64,000 nt of DNA from Vitrella brassicaformis CCMP3155 (Eukaryota; Protista; Chromerida). The stretch covers positions 1-64,000 of the forward strand of contig CDMY01000542.1 of NCBI GenBank assembly GCA_001179505.1, in the 5' to 3' direction. Numbering within the stretch: position 1 is the stretch's first letter; each line of letters starts with the position of its first letter. Made by a program: the position numbers and the translations under genes. Shown piece after piece: positions 36,497 to 48,122 of the stretch. Under the pieces are notes generated by a model. The model saw nothing but the letters and a program-made list of their open reading frames with translations. It was not told where the DNA came from and did not search any database.

Positions 36497-37545
36497 TCAT
36501 GCTCTGGCCTTTGTGGTCTTGAAGCGCTTCAAGTTCTTCACGCAGGCCTCTGGGAACTGATCTAGCTCACACTGGCGCGCAGCGTCGTAGCCACAGACAA
36601 AAAAGGTCAGTGCCGGCGGGATGTTCAGCTGGCTGGGGTCTCGGACAGCGTCGAAAAACGACTTGGCATTCTTCCTCCAGGTCGGCTTTTTCGGCATTTT
36701 CTTGACCACCGATTTCGGCACAAGGAAAAACTCATACCGATGCTGCACAACAGAAGAATGCGCCACATTTTATTGTGGTTACGCGTTCAACGCAGAGTGT
36801 CCATGCCTGGTTGATTGCTGACCGCTCCGTGCGATGGTGAAGGCTTCTCATACGCGAGGATCTCACAGCCATGCCATCGGTGCTCAGCAGGACCGAGATT
36901 GACCACCTTCCCCGTACATGCTGAACACACACACAGAAGGAACACCACAGATGCAATTGTGCGTGTCTCATGGACCCTTCCTCACGTTCTGGGGCTTCTT
37001 CCTCTTCTCCGCCTTCTTCCTTCTTCGGGGCGGCAGTGGTGGCGGCGGCTGTCGAGTTGCTGCCCGGGCCCAGGTCGGTCAGCCACCTGATTATGTGCGA
37101 GACGCCAGAGAAAGTTTGACCATCATCTGTCCTCTGATGCATTCGTGTGTGCCTGACCATTGCAAGTAGTCAGAGTTGAAGAACATGGAGTCACACCCAT
37201 TGGGCGAGTCCGCATCAAGCAAGACCAGCGCGGCCCCCTCTGCGTCCTCTGGGATCAAAACCTTCTCGGCAATCTCTGCATACCCGGTATCCCTCGACAG
37301 CATGAAGGGGGGCTTGAACTCCAGATCGCCTGCGACTCTGTCGCATGCGATCAACCATCCATCCAAAGATAGAACTGGCATTGCAGTGACTCACAGACAG
37401 CCAAGGTTGTGGGCTCTACTGTGCACTGACTTTGTTTTGGCGTTGGCTCAGCTGCGATGCGGCGGGAGACAGTGCGGTCGACGTTGAAGGCCGCAGCGCC
37501 CTGGGCGATGGCCGCAAGGACAGCACAAGCGACGGAAAGGACCAT
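36497..37545 (-). CDS. Signal-peptide PEBP-like protein, paralogue A
   Basis: MVLSVACAVLAAIAQGAAAF signal peptide; LVLLDADSPNGC; WLTDLGPG; |ACTGKVVNLG...WHGCEILAYEKPSPSHGA|HRYEFFLV...FFVCGYD. Confidence 0.78.
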
Positions 37546-37802
37546 TGTGTGTTGGACAGAAAATCAATCCACTGCAGAAGAGGATGAAGTGCCCTATGCA
37601 GTCGAGTACTCGCCGTTCTGTGTGGAAAGGGGAAGAGGGGAGAGCAGCCCCTCGTCGAGAATACGAGCTTAGAAAGTTTCGACCGGTGGCGGAGTGATGG
37701 AAGGGTCGACGGTCTCCTCGAGTACAAGAACCCCGGCTTCTTTGTCGACTGCTTTCCCGACTTGTTTCGTGGATGTGCCCTCACTGAGGTTATAATGCCG
37801 TA

Positions 37803-39372
37803 ATGGAGGTCATCTACAGACCCACTCTTGGCAACCTTGCGGTGGCGTCGAGAGATCTATCGCCGGGAGAGGAGATCTTGCACGCCTCTCCCTATTCCCA
37901 TGGCGTGTCGGAGTCCCTTCGTCGTCGGGTGTGCGGACGCTGCTTCCTCCATTCGACCAAAGCCCTCGCTCTGTGCTGCGGCCGGTGCCAGCACATCTAC
38001 TACTGCTCGGAGAGCTGTCGTGACCAGGACAGGCGTACAGCTCATCACCATGTGTGTGTGGCTTATGAGCGGCTCCAGTCCAGCAAGCTGAAACTTGACA
38101 GAGAGGCAATGATGACTCTTCGCCTCACCCTGTCGACGTTCTACCACGAGTTCCACGCCCAGGCCGGCGTTGATCAGCATGAAGGGGGAGAGGATGCCAG
38201 CGCACCTGCCGACGGCGAATCGGCCGAGGGCAAGACCGTCGAGGAGCACTTCAGAGGTGTGAGCGGGGGGAACAACTTGGTGGCGAATGAGGCGATGTTC
38301 CGCAAGCGAAGCTCATTCGTCAAAGCTGCCAAGAAACTCTATCACGTCAGGCAACAGACAGACAGGCGAGGGCAGCCCACATCCGCTCTCTGCTGTGTCA
38401 CGTCTGCCTGTCTGTGTGTGTCTGTGCTTCCTTCATTCAGGCGTTTCGTTCGGTGGTGGGGTGTGACCTGCACGTTAGTTTCGACACGTTTTTCCTGCTG
38501 CTGTGTCGGATCGAGTGCAACGGATTCGGCGTGTGGAATCAGGACGACGAGTGCCTCAGCCTGGCCCTCTACCCGACAGCCTCTCTCTTCAACCACAGCT
38601 GCCTCCCAAACATCGCACGCACACAAGTGAGTGCGTCGGCAGACACCCAGACAGGCACCCAGTTATTTCGTGTGTGGATTTGTTGTGTGTGTTGCAGGAT
38701 GGAGCGCGTGTGCGCTTCTGGGCGCTCCGTGGGATCGTCAGAGGAGAGGCTCTGACGATCTGCTACACAAGGGCGACCATGTGCAGCAAGGAGAGGATGG
38801 CCTGCCTCGAGGGCTACCACTTCAAGTGTGAGTGCGACAGGTGCCGCGCCGACCGCCAATTCAAGCCCCTCATCTCGGCCATGGTCTGCAGCCGGCACAA
38901 CACACAGGGCTACCTGATCCCCACACCCATGAGACCCCTGAGCACCTTGATATCCACCGATGCGCCCACACCATCGCCAGCCGCCCCCCTGCCCACCACT
39001 GCGGCTGTGAGCGATGACGCATCGGAGGGCTCCGTCACACACGTGCCGACGGACGCGCCGCCGGCTGACGTGACGAGCAAGCCTTCCCCCCTCAAGGCGG
39101 CCCCCATCACAGCTGACGCCATACCCACCCTCGCCAGGGACGTCCCCCCGCCCCCCTTTGTGGTCAGCTCGGCGGCCAACCACATATGGCTGTCGACCAC
39201 AGGGAGAGCGGAGGAGATGGTGCCAGGGGATGTCGAAACGCGTCGCGTCTATGAGAGGCTGAGGGAGGGGGTGGCTGTGACGGAGAGGGAGTGCGTGTGC
39301 AGCGTGTGTGGCGCACGCGAGAAGAGGCTGGTGCCGATATGGGCAAAGAGCGGCGATACGGGAGACGTGTAG
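37803..39372 (+). CDS. SET and MYND domain (SMYD-family) lysine methyltransferase
   Basis: Split SET N-terminus (LAVASRDLSPGEEIL); MYND (CGRCF...CGRCQHIYYCSESCRDQD...HHHVC); YPTASLFNHSCLPN; post-SET YHFKCECDRC. Confidence 0.93.
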
Positions 39373-40301
39373 ACAATTTTCCGATGCGTGTGCGCTTTAT
39401 TAGTAGCTGGCTGGTTCTATGTGTGTGTGTGCATTTGTGTGTGTGTGTGTCTCAGTGCTCCTACTACTGTGCTATGAGTGCTGCACTCACTGGCCATGCG
39501 TGCTTTCAATTCTCCGTCTCTCTCTGTGTGTGTGTGTGCTGCATTCGTGGTGCCTATGGCGCTGCGGATGGCCCTTTCTCCCGACATGGCATGCAATGTA
39601 ATTGAGAGGCATTTCTCCATTCCTCTGCTGCCTCGTTTTCCCGCCTGCCTGCCTGCCTTGCCTTGCCAGCGATCGCTCGACTGAACTGAATGAACTGTGT
39701 GTATCTATCGTCTTGTCTCTTCTGACATCAGCTCAGCTGTTGTGAATGAAATGTGTGCAGTTTGGGGGGTTCCGTGCACCGATCTTTCTGTCTGTCTGTC
39801 TGTCTGATGAACATGCCTGCCAGGTCATTGAGGTGGTGCGTGTGTTGATGGATTCTTTCTCTTTTCCCTATCCTATGTGGCCGACTCGTTGCTGTCTTGA
39901 CATCCGATATTCCTCAGATGCACAACTCTCAACACGAAAAGGGCACGCACTTGGTGCCTGCCTGCCCGCCTTGTCGCTCACATCACATCCACCATAGCAC
40001 TCATACTATGGACGGACGCAACAAATGGAATACGCGGAACACGCAGCACACGACAGAGAGATGACATAACACAAAAAGACGCAAAACTGAGAGCGTGTGG
40101 CTCATTCTCAGAGGGCATATCGGCCTCCCTCCCTCGCACATGCATGAGTCATGCATGTCAAAAAGGGGAACGGTCACTCTCTTGATACACACGAAGGAAA
40201 AACTCCCTGCACAGGTACATGCAGCCCTGTCTGTATACACAACCACCGGCCTCCCTCCCTCCCTCCCTCCTCTGTACACCAACACACGCACCCACCCACC
40301 C

Positions 40302-40601
40302 NNNNNNNNNNNNNNNNNNNNNNNNNNNNNNNNNNNNNNNNNNNNNNNNNNNNNNNNNNNNNNNNNNNNNNNNNNNNNNNNNNNNNNNNNNNNNNNNNNN
40401 NNNNNNNNNNNNNNNNNNNNNNNNNNNNNNNNNNNNNNNNNNNNNNNNNNNNNNNNNNNNNNNNNNNNNNNNNNNNNNNNNNNNNNNNNNNNNNNNNNNN
40501 NNNNNNNNNNNNNNNNNNNNNNNNNNNNNNNNNNNNNNNNNNNNNNNNNNNNNNNNNNNNNNNNNNNNNNNNNNNNNNNNNNNNNNNNNNNNNNNNNNNN
40601 N
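40302..40601. other. Assembly gap (300 N) inside a (CACC)n microsatellite
   Basis: Run of 300 N flanked by cacccacccaccc on both sides. Confidence 1.
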
Positions 40602-40642
40602 CACCCACCCACCCATGCACCCACCACCCATTCACCAATCCA

Positions 40643-43600
40643 CTAAAGGCACGTCATCCCACGCTGCAGCTGTTGCTGCTGCTTGGAGCCATCCCCACCG
40701 CCATCTCCCCCCTGCCGATGCTCCGCGGCCATCCTGCCCTCCCCATTGTCACTAATCGTATGAGTCGTGTTGTATCGACTCATCATGGACGGGAGGTGCC
40801 CATGACCTCCACCCCCGTTCATCGCCACACCCCCACCAGCCCCAGCCCCGCCCCCGTGATGATGCATGTCGGCAAATTGGATGCGTCTGCCGCCGCCTTC
40901 GTTGGCGCGGCTGCCTTCTCGCGAGAAGGCCGGCATGGATGGGGGCGGGGCGGGAGGGGGGCTGTCGTCGTAGAAGGGCCGCGATGGCGACGGCCGGGTG
41001 TAGTTGTAGAACAGATTGAGGTCGTAGAAGTCGTGCTCTTTCATTACGTGCGATATGATGCCTGAACGAACAGAGACACAAGATGAAGAGAGAGGGACAG
41101 TGGCAGATGAGAGAGAGCTGTCGGGTGCGCGCAGAGAGAGGCCTGCATCTCTCTTTGTCTCACCGACCGAGGCGCAGCAGCTCTCGGCCGATCGCCACCC
41201 CCTCTTCCCTGCCGGATGCGAAGTCAAAGTCGATCTGACAGCAGGCGACACGCAATGAAAGAGAATCGCTATGCACAGATCCAAAGCGACGCGGCACGAA
41301 AGACATGCACAAGCCACGCCTACCAGATAATCCACCATCTCCACCCCCGAGAAGCAGTGCACGTACGCCCGCCGCCGCAGACAGGGCACCAGGGGGCATC
41401 TCGCCCACCTCCTGTCCTCCTTCCCCTCTGCCTCTGCTCTTCCGGCGCATGTGAATGTGCAGCCGTGTATGTGCGTGTTGTCGAGCTCGAGGTGGTTGTT
41501 GCAGCTGACGTCCAGTGCATCCAGCAGCGGCACGAAGGAGGCCGGCAGGGGGGAGCTGACGTCGACCGGTGGGGACTCAATACGATACATCAGCTGCACA
41601 CACACACACACGCATGAGGAGGGAGGGTACATGTGGTGCCTGTGGTGCCTGTGGTGGGTGGTTTGCCGACGCACCTTCCTGATGTTTCGTTCCAAGCAGC
41701 TGTAGATGCCCCTGTATTTCTGGACTGAGAACACAGAGAGGTGCCAACCCAACCCAGTGGTGCTCCCATCACGGGTCAGTCATTGGCTCATTCATCCTCA
41801 CTGGCGGATTGCTGAAAGGCGAAGAGGAGGAAGAGCAGCAGCCCCTGGCCGGCCTCAAACATCATCGTGATCAACGCCAGCTGCCACACACACACACGAC
41901 GGACGGCGCATGCAATGCCTGCCCAGGATCCTCACGCCTCCACCTCCCCCTTCCTCTCCCTCTCTCTCTGCGTACCTGCAGCAGCGATCCCGACCTCGGT
42001 CCCGCCGTCGATAGCTCGGCCCAGTTGTAGATGCCCAGCAGGAAAAACCGAATGCCCCCTACCACACCCAACACCTGCATTCAGACACACACACACACAG
42101 CGAATACCATCAGGAGGACATGCCTGCCATCCTGCCTGGCTGCATGGATACCATGGCGGGAAAAACGAGGTCGCCATCTCTCCACGGCTGTGCTGGCCTC
42201 GGGGCGATGGTGCTGTCATGGCCAATCGTTGTGCGGTTATGGCCGATCGTCGTGCTACCGTGGCCGCCCGTCGTGCTGCGCTCGCGCATCTCACACTCGT
42301 CCTGAAAGGCAACAACCACACACACATGGATGCAATCACACGGGCAACGGTCTTCTCCTCTCTCTATATTTCTTTCCCCCCTCTAATGCCTCACCGCATC
42401 AGCGGTATCGCCCTTGGTCTTGTCGACTCGTGCCCACAGAGAGGGGACCGGCACTGTGCGCCGCCTGGTGGTGAAAACCGATCTCTCTGAGGTCTGGGAC
42501 AGGCTGCCGAGTGTCCTGAGGCCGATAGCCCGGCCGGTCTTCATTATGCGGTCGCGGGAGGCGAGGGAGATGAAGAGCGCCACGCAGAGGACCAGGAACA
42601 AGACTATGGTGAGGGCGGCCTCGACATACTGCTCGCTGCGCCCGAACCAGAACTGACACGGCTGACCTGCACATACGCACAGGACAGGATGGGTACGAGA
42701 GTGTGTTGTCGGGAGAGGGAGGGAGGCGGTGGGTGGATGACCTTCGATAGGTGGGTTGGGGACGAACACGCCCAGAAGGGGGAAGGGGAGGTTTGTCGCT
42801 GCAAACAAACAGGCGGACCCTGGCTGGCTGAAACGATCAGTGTGGGTGTGGTGTTGCCTGTATGTTACCGAGTGGGATGGTGATGACGGCAACGATTGTA
42901 GGCCAGAAGAGGACCAGTGCGCTGTCGAGGCCGAGCTTTTGGACCACAGCCACGTTCAAGCAGATCCCCGCCACCCACCAACGAGACTGCACACACAGCA
43001 CACAGCACACAGCACGGACACTCATTTTCTCGTGAATTCGGCGTCCCCTCTCCTCCCCACCCACTTATATACCATTTGGGTGAAGTACGATGTCAGCCAG
43101 TACATGACCATCAGCCGCCCATCCGTCCTGTCCACATCTTCGCAGTGGTTGGTGGCTGACGACAGAGCGCATGTGAGCGCCCCCGCGGCAGCCACCGATG
43201 CGGCGTAGAAGATGATGAGCACGCGTGGGAACTGCAGCCATCCCTCGGTGGACCGCAGGACCAGGAATATGAGCAGCATGAGGCATGCGAACACCAACGA
43301 CGCCACGGCGAAGGACTCGCTCACCACCCATATGCTCTCGATCAGGTGCTCAGTCTGGTGATTGACCAGAGAGTAAAAGGAGGCTAGTCGCGTTTGTTTC
43401 GTGTGTGTCGTCAATGCTTTCGTACGTCTTGCGATCCGAAGAGGATTGACGAGAGGAAAATCAGCGGACCGCCCAAGAAGAGGCCCAGGATGACCGCCGC
43501 ACCAGCCACATCCTCGCCGATCTTGTAGATGGCCGCAAACACCACCGGCGCAGAACTGACCCACCCACCGACACAGACAGACACCGGCAGATTGGCTGCG

Positions 43601-45363
43601 TGTCTGTCTGTCTGTCTGTCTATCTGTCTGTCTGTGTTGCGTACCTGGTGGGTATGGATCCGTACAGGAGTGCGAAATCGGAGAACAGCGCCTTGTCCTC
43701 AGGGCTCAGATTGGGGCTGAGGAGCGGCACGAAGGCATGCATCAGCACGGGAGAGACCAGAATCTTCAAGACCGCCAAGAAGACCGGAAGCACCACCTAG
43801 CACACCACGGCCCATATATTCCACACAGACATACACACACGCAAACGCATTCTGGCGAGAGAGACAATTGAGGCCATCCATCCATCCATCCAACAACTCA
43901 CCTGCTGTGGCCTGATCATGGCATCCAGGTTGTTGACCACCGAACATCCGGTCAGGAAGAGGGCGCAGAAGGCGAATGGGCTGGTGGTCATTTCCACGGT
44001 CTCATGCAGCCCCACCGGCAACTGCATCAGCCCGGCGGGCGTTTCTTCAATCGTCCAGCCAAACAGACCTTTGTACGCTAATCCCACGACGATCATTATG
44101 CTGACAACAGAAGCACCACAACACGTACGTCCACACGTCTGAGTATCCGTCTGTGCTGGGTGCACCCTTACAGCAGCGGATTCGTGACGAGGTTGGAGGC
44201 GACTTTGACTGCGAGCCGCTTAGACTTATGTGGGGTGGGGTCCACCACGGTGGTGAACCTCTCCACCTGCCTTATCGGCATCCGCCGCACCACCGACGCA
44301 TAAGACCGACTTGACGACGACAGCTCCGCCGGCCTAATGCAGATCTCACTCTTCAAACGTAGCCTAACCACGATAAAGAAGTATACAATACCCGTAAGTC
44401 AAGGCGTCATTTCCATCCGTGTATGGTAAGTGTCTTTCTGCCCACCGTGGTTTCACATCTGACGCATTGGTGACGTTCGTGACGCCGCGCAGAGGTGTGG
44501 GGGGGCAGGTCTGTGAGGGGACATGATCGTCAAACTCAGTTGGGGGATGTTCGGTGTCGGCGTAGTGCAGCTGGGAGGGCTCGGACGGCTCCGATGGGGC
44601 AATCGGGGTGGCAGCTTTCTCTTCTTCTGCATGGCCACCGGCCGCCTCCCTCTTTGTCTTGCCGTACTCGAAGAGCACGAATGCGATGGTGTTCAGCAGG
44701 ATGGTTTGCACCTGACAGCACCCCACCCACACATGGCACGAACCAACGACAGCTGGATGGATGGATGCCGGATTGCGTACCACTGCGTTAGCCGTCAAGT
44801 AAGCCATCATGTTTTGGGGATACTTCCTCAAAGGGTAGAGGGCCATCACCACTGGCACCCCGAGCGCAAAGTCATTCGAGGCCGTGACGCACAGCCCGAA
44901 CAGACCGGCGCGCAACCACCTGCTGGGCGAGCGGTCAAGCAGCACTGTGGCTATGACCACAGCAAGCTGCACGATGAGCTTGCCGATGGTGCATGCGGCG
45001 AGAACGCCGAGGTCCACCGACGCCAGATCCATCAGAGCCACCTGCACACAGACAGACCGGCACACACCATCATGCGTTTTGCGTCGGTTTCTTCTGTCCA
45101 CTCAGTCACCGCTCTGAACACAAGAAGGGGCAGTGCCAGGTCGCCGACGATGAAGCCAATGCCCTTGACGCCTTCGGACGTCACATAGTTGAGCTTCAAC
45201 ACGGCATACCCCAGACCGATAGCAAAGAAGTTGGTGCCCTGCGAAAAGAAAGACACGCAGATGACCAGTGTGCTGTACCGCCATAGCTAAAGTGTGTGTG
45301 CATCAGTGTATCTTTCATTGCTTCGCTCACCAGCACCGTCGCCAGCTCGGACGCAGCGCCCAT
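40643..45363 (-). CDS. GPR155: GPR155/LYCHOS-like protein: PIN-like transporter domain + GPCR-like 7TM domain + DEP domain; many exons
   Basis: Transporter domain: LALPLLVFRA, RAGLFGLCVTASNDFALGVPVVMALY, NLVTNPLL, AFCALFLTG, LKILVSPVLM. 7TM end: FEAGQGLLLFLLFAF. DEP: RRRAYVHCFSGVEMVDYLV...GIISHVMKEHDFYDLNLFYNY. Confidence 0.88.
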
Positions 45364-45582
45364 CTGAGCATCAGCCACACCAACCACACACAATGAGCTT
45401 GTCCGTCCTCTTGGCGAATGCGTGTCCGAAAACGCACCGTGTTGCGCGACTCTCCGCGAGCTAAAACTGGAAGATCTCCTGCCGTTGCACAACCGTTTTT
45501 TCTTTTCCGTAGATTCTGACGCGGCGTGTGCTCCGTTGTCCAAGCTACTTTTTCTTGACCTTTTCTGCGCCCTCTCCCCTCG

Positions 45583-48064
45583 ATGGAGCGCCCCATGAAG
45601 CCCCAGGCGCCAGATGCCCGAGAGCGCCTCTCAATTTGTCAGTCACTGATGCAACTGTACGTTTCTTTCTCTTCGTTCTACGAACGAGCGCCCGCCGACC
45701 TCGAGAGGGCCCTGACATATCTCGACAAAGCGGTAACGGTCTCGCTGGACTGCCCAGCCACCGTTTCCTCCCATCCATGGACGACGACGGCACGAGCACG
45801 AATTCGATTGAAGGCCGCACAGCTCTTGGCAGGTGAGTCGGGTGAGCGACCGAGGCATACAGCCACATGCAATGCATGACCATTGTCTCAGGCCTGGATG
45901 CTCACCGTGAGGCTGCGAATCAAGCCAGGGCTGCAATGCAGGAGTCCGATTATGTCCTGGACCGATTGAGGGCATACCCTGCGGCAGACATGGGCCTCCT
46001 CGAGCAAGCGGTGGGGCAGGCCTACTCAGCAAGCCAGACCGACACAGCACCCGAAGGCGTCGATGTTTGTGCTGTTCAGGGTGACGCCGCGGCTCGTTCG
46101 CGTTTCCTCCTTGCAAGAGGTAAGAGAGACGGCCTTGCTGCCTGCCTGCACGATTGACTGTGGTTTGATTGTTCCTCTGTGTGTAGAGCTCGAGGCGCTG
46201 TCTCCTGCTGCCACAACAGCGTCGCTTGAATCATCCAAAACAATGGTGGGCGAACGTGGCACGTGTATGTTCATTGATATGATGTACGTGTCTCCTTCCT
46301 CGCGTGATTCTCAGTCGCTGTATGAGTCTGCCGTGTCGATCGCTAAGCTTGTGCTGCCTCTGGATCATCCCACCACACTACAGCTCACCGACACGCTCAA
46401 GAGCAAAAGAAGAGTGGGTACCCCCGCGAAGATCTATCATGCATACGTTAAGCGAGAAGATTCATTCTCTCTTTTGCTTCTTCCTTCCTCTCCGCAGGCC
46501 TGCGTGAAAGACCATCGCAAGTGTCACCCCTCACCCCCTCGGCCGTCCTCCATCGAGCCCCACACCACGGCCTCCGCCGTCCACCTCCTGGCTGCTGACC
46601 CGCCTCTGTCAGAGCTGGCGACCACAGATGCCTTCCTTCGACGCGCATGCATATCGCACCCCAATTTCCACAAACCGCCCAGGAGAAAGCCGCCCTCGCC
46701 GTCTCGTCCCTCCCAAACAACAAGCAAGGGAGACCTGGACTCACGGCCTCCCTTTATGCCCACCTCGCGTACAGTGAGGCTGCCGGACGTCTTCGCCAAG
46801 ACGGGCGAAGGCAGCGGCGATGACAGGCGAAGAAGAGGCGATCGTCGGGTGAGTGTTGCCGAGATGATGGCGAGCACGTGGGAGGGAGGCAGCAGGCCAG
46901 GCAAGGGCAGGAGAAAACGAGCCTTCAACACAAACACGCTCCTTGAAGACGGTAGGCAGCCAGAGAGACATATTGATTGCCGGGGAAAGATGAGCACGTC
47001 GCGGCCTCCATGGTCAGATTGGGCTCTCGAACACATCTGGTTACCGCGCATGAGGCGGCAGTACGCCAGCCATCGCACAGCGATGCTCTTCAAAGACACA
47101 GTAGGCAGCCGGAAGGGAAGGGCAAGACATACGTCTCATCGCCGTGCTGCTGTCGCGTGCGTGCAGGAAGAGCTGCAGCAGGACAAAGAGCTCTTTGTTC
47201 CCCACGCCTATGAGTAAGGGACAAGACTCTCCATTCACTCTGACTGCTTGGTCATCAACTGACCTGCGAGCAAACTGGGCTCTTTATGCCGACAGGTACC
47301 ACAGACGGAAGAAAATGGCGATTCCGTGCCATTCCTCCCCCCTTGGCAACATCTCTATTTTTGGTCGATGAATGACAAGCCCTTGGCAACAGGGGGACAC
47401 TATTGTTGATTGATCGAAATCTCTATTGTTGCCAGAGAGTGACACTATTGTTGATTGGAGTAAGGAGCTGCCGAGCGGGCTGGAACAAGTCCTAAAAGAG
47501 CATCGCGTTCAAGTGGCAGACGACACCAAAAAGTGACTGGGCAGATCAGATGAACACACAAATGGGGGCGGGCGGGGCGCCCATTTAGTTATTGCGTGCG
47601 CCTTGGCTTGACAGGAGGAAAGGGGCAAAGCCAGCAGCTAATTCGTCTCACGAGTACACCATCTATACTCACCTCACTGATGAAGTCCGCCTCTTGGAAC
47701 AGGAACTGCAAATCATGGGGGCGCACGAAATCCAGGTAAACTAAAAGCTTTCGTGCCGATTAGGTTGTGTGGATATCAGCATCTTCGCAGTATTGGTGTC
47801 TCTCATCGATGTGTGTGTTGGTTGTCTCTTGTGCAATTCAGAACATAAACATGAGTTCATTTGATCGGGTCAAAGGTCAGCACACGGCTCCATAAACATG
47901 GAGGCACATCCATCAAGATCGATCGTCACATCAACTATCATGCAGAACACCTGGGTCATCTCAAGGCGCTGTACAACAAGTCCAAGACAAAGAGAGCTTC
48001 TCTTGCCAGAAGAATGTCGCTCTATCTATCAAGACAGATGACGAAGCTCACGGCCATGTCATGA
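45583..48064 (+). CDS. TPR-like N-terminal protein with conserved unnamed C-terminal domain, paralogue 1; multi-exon
   Basis: DLERALTYLDKAV...RARIRLKAAQLLA|GLDAHREAANQAR; YESAVSIAKLVLPLDHPTT; WALEHIWLPRMRR; NISIF|ESDTIVDWSKELPSGLEQVL; EYTIYTHLTDEVRLLEQEL; EHLGHLKALYNKSKT...AMS*. The frame is supported by the paralogue at 52290. Confidence 0.72.
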
Positions 48065-48122
48065 TCTCAGGATACAGTGAGTGACTTGTGTGGACAGACA
48101 AGACGATGCATACGTGATTGAA

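Noticed and set aside
47340-47457. Short interspersed repeats resembling a mini CRISPR, or an RFX X-box (tggcaac)
   Set aside because: Irregular spacing, no cas genes and a eukaryotic context; explained as duplicated exon sequence in an intron.
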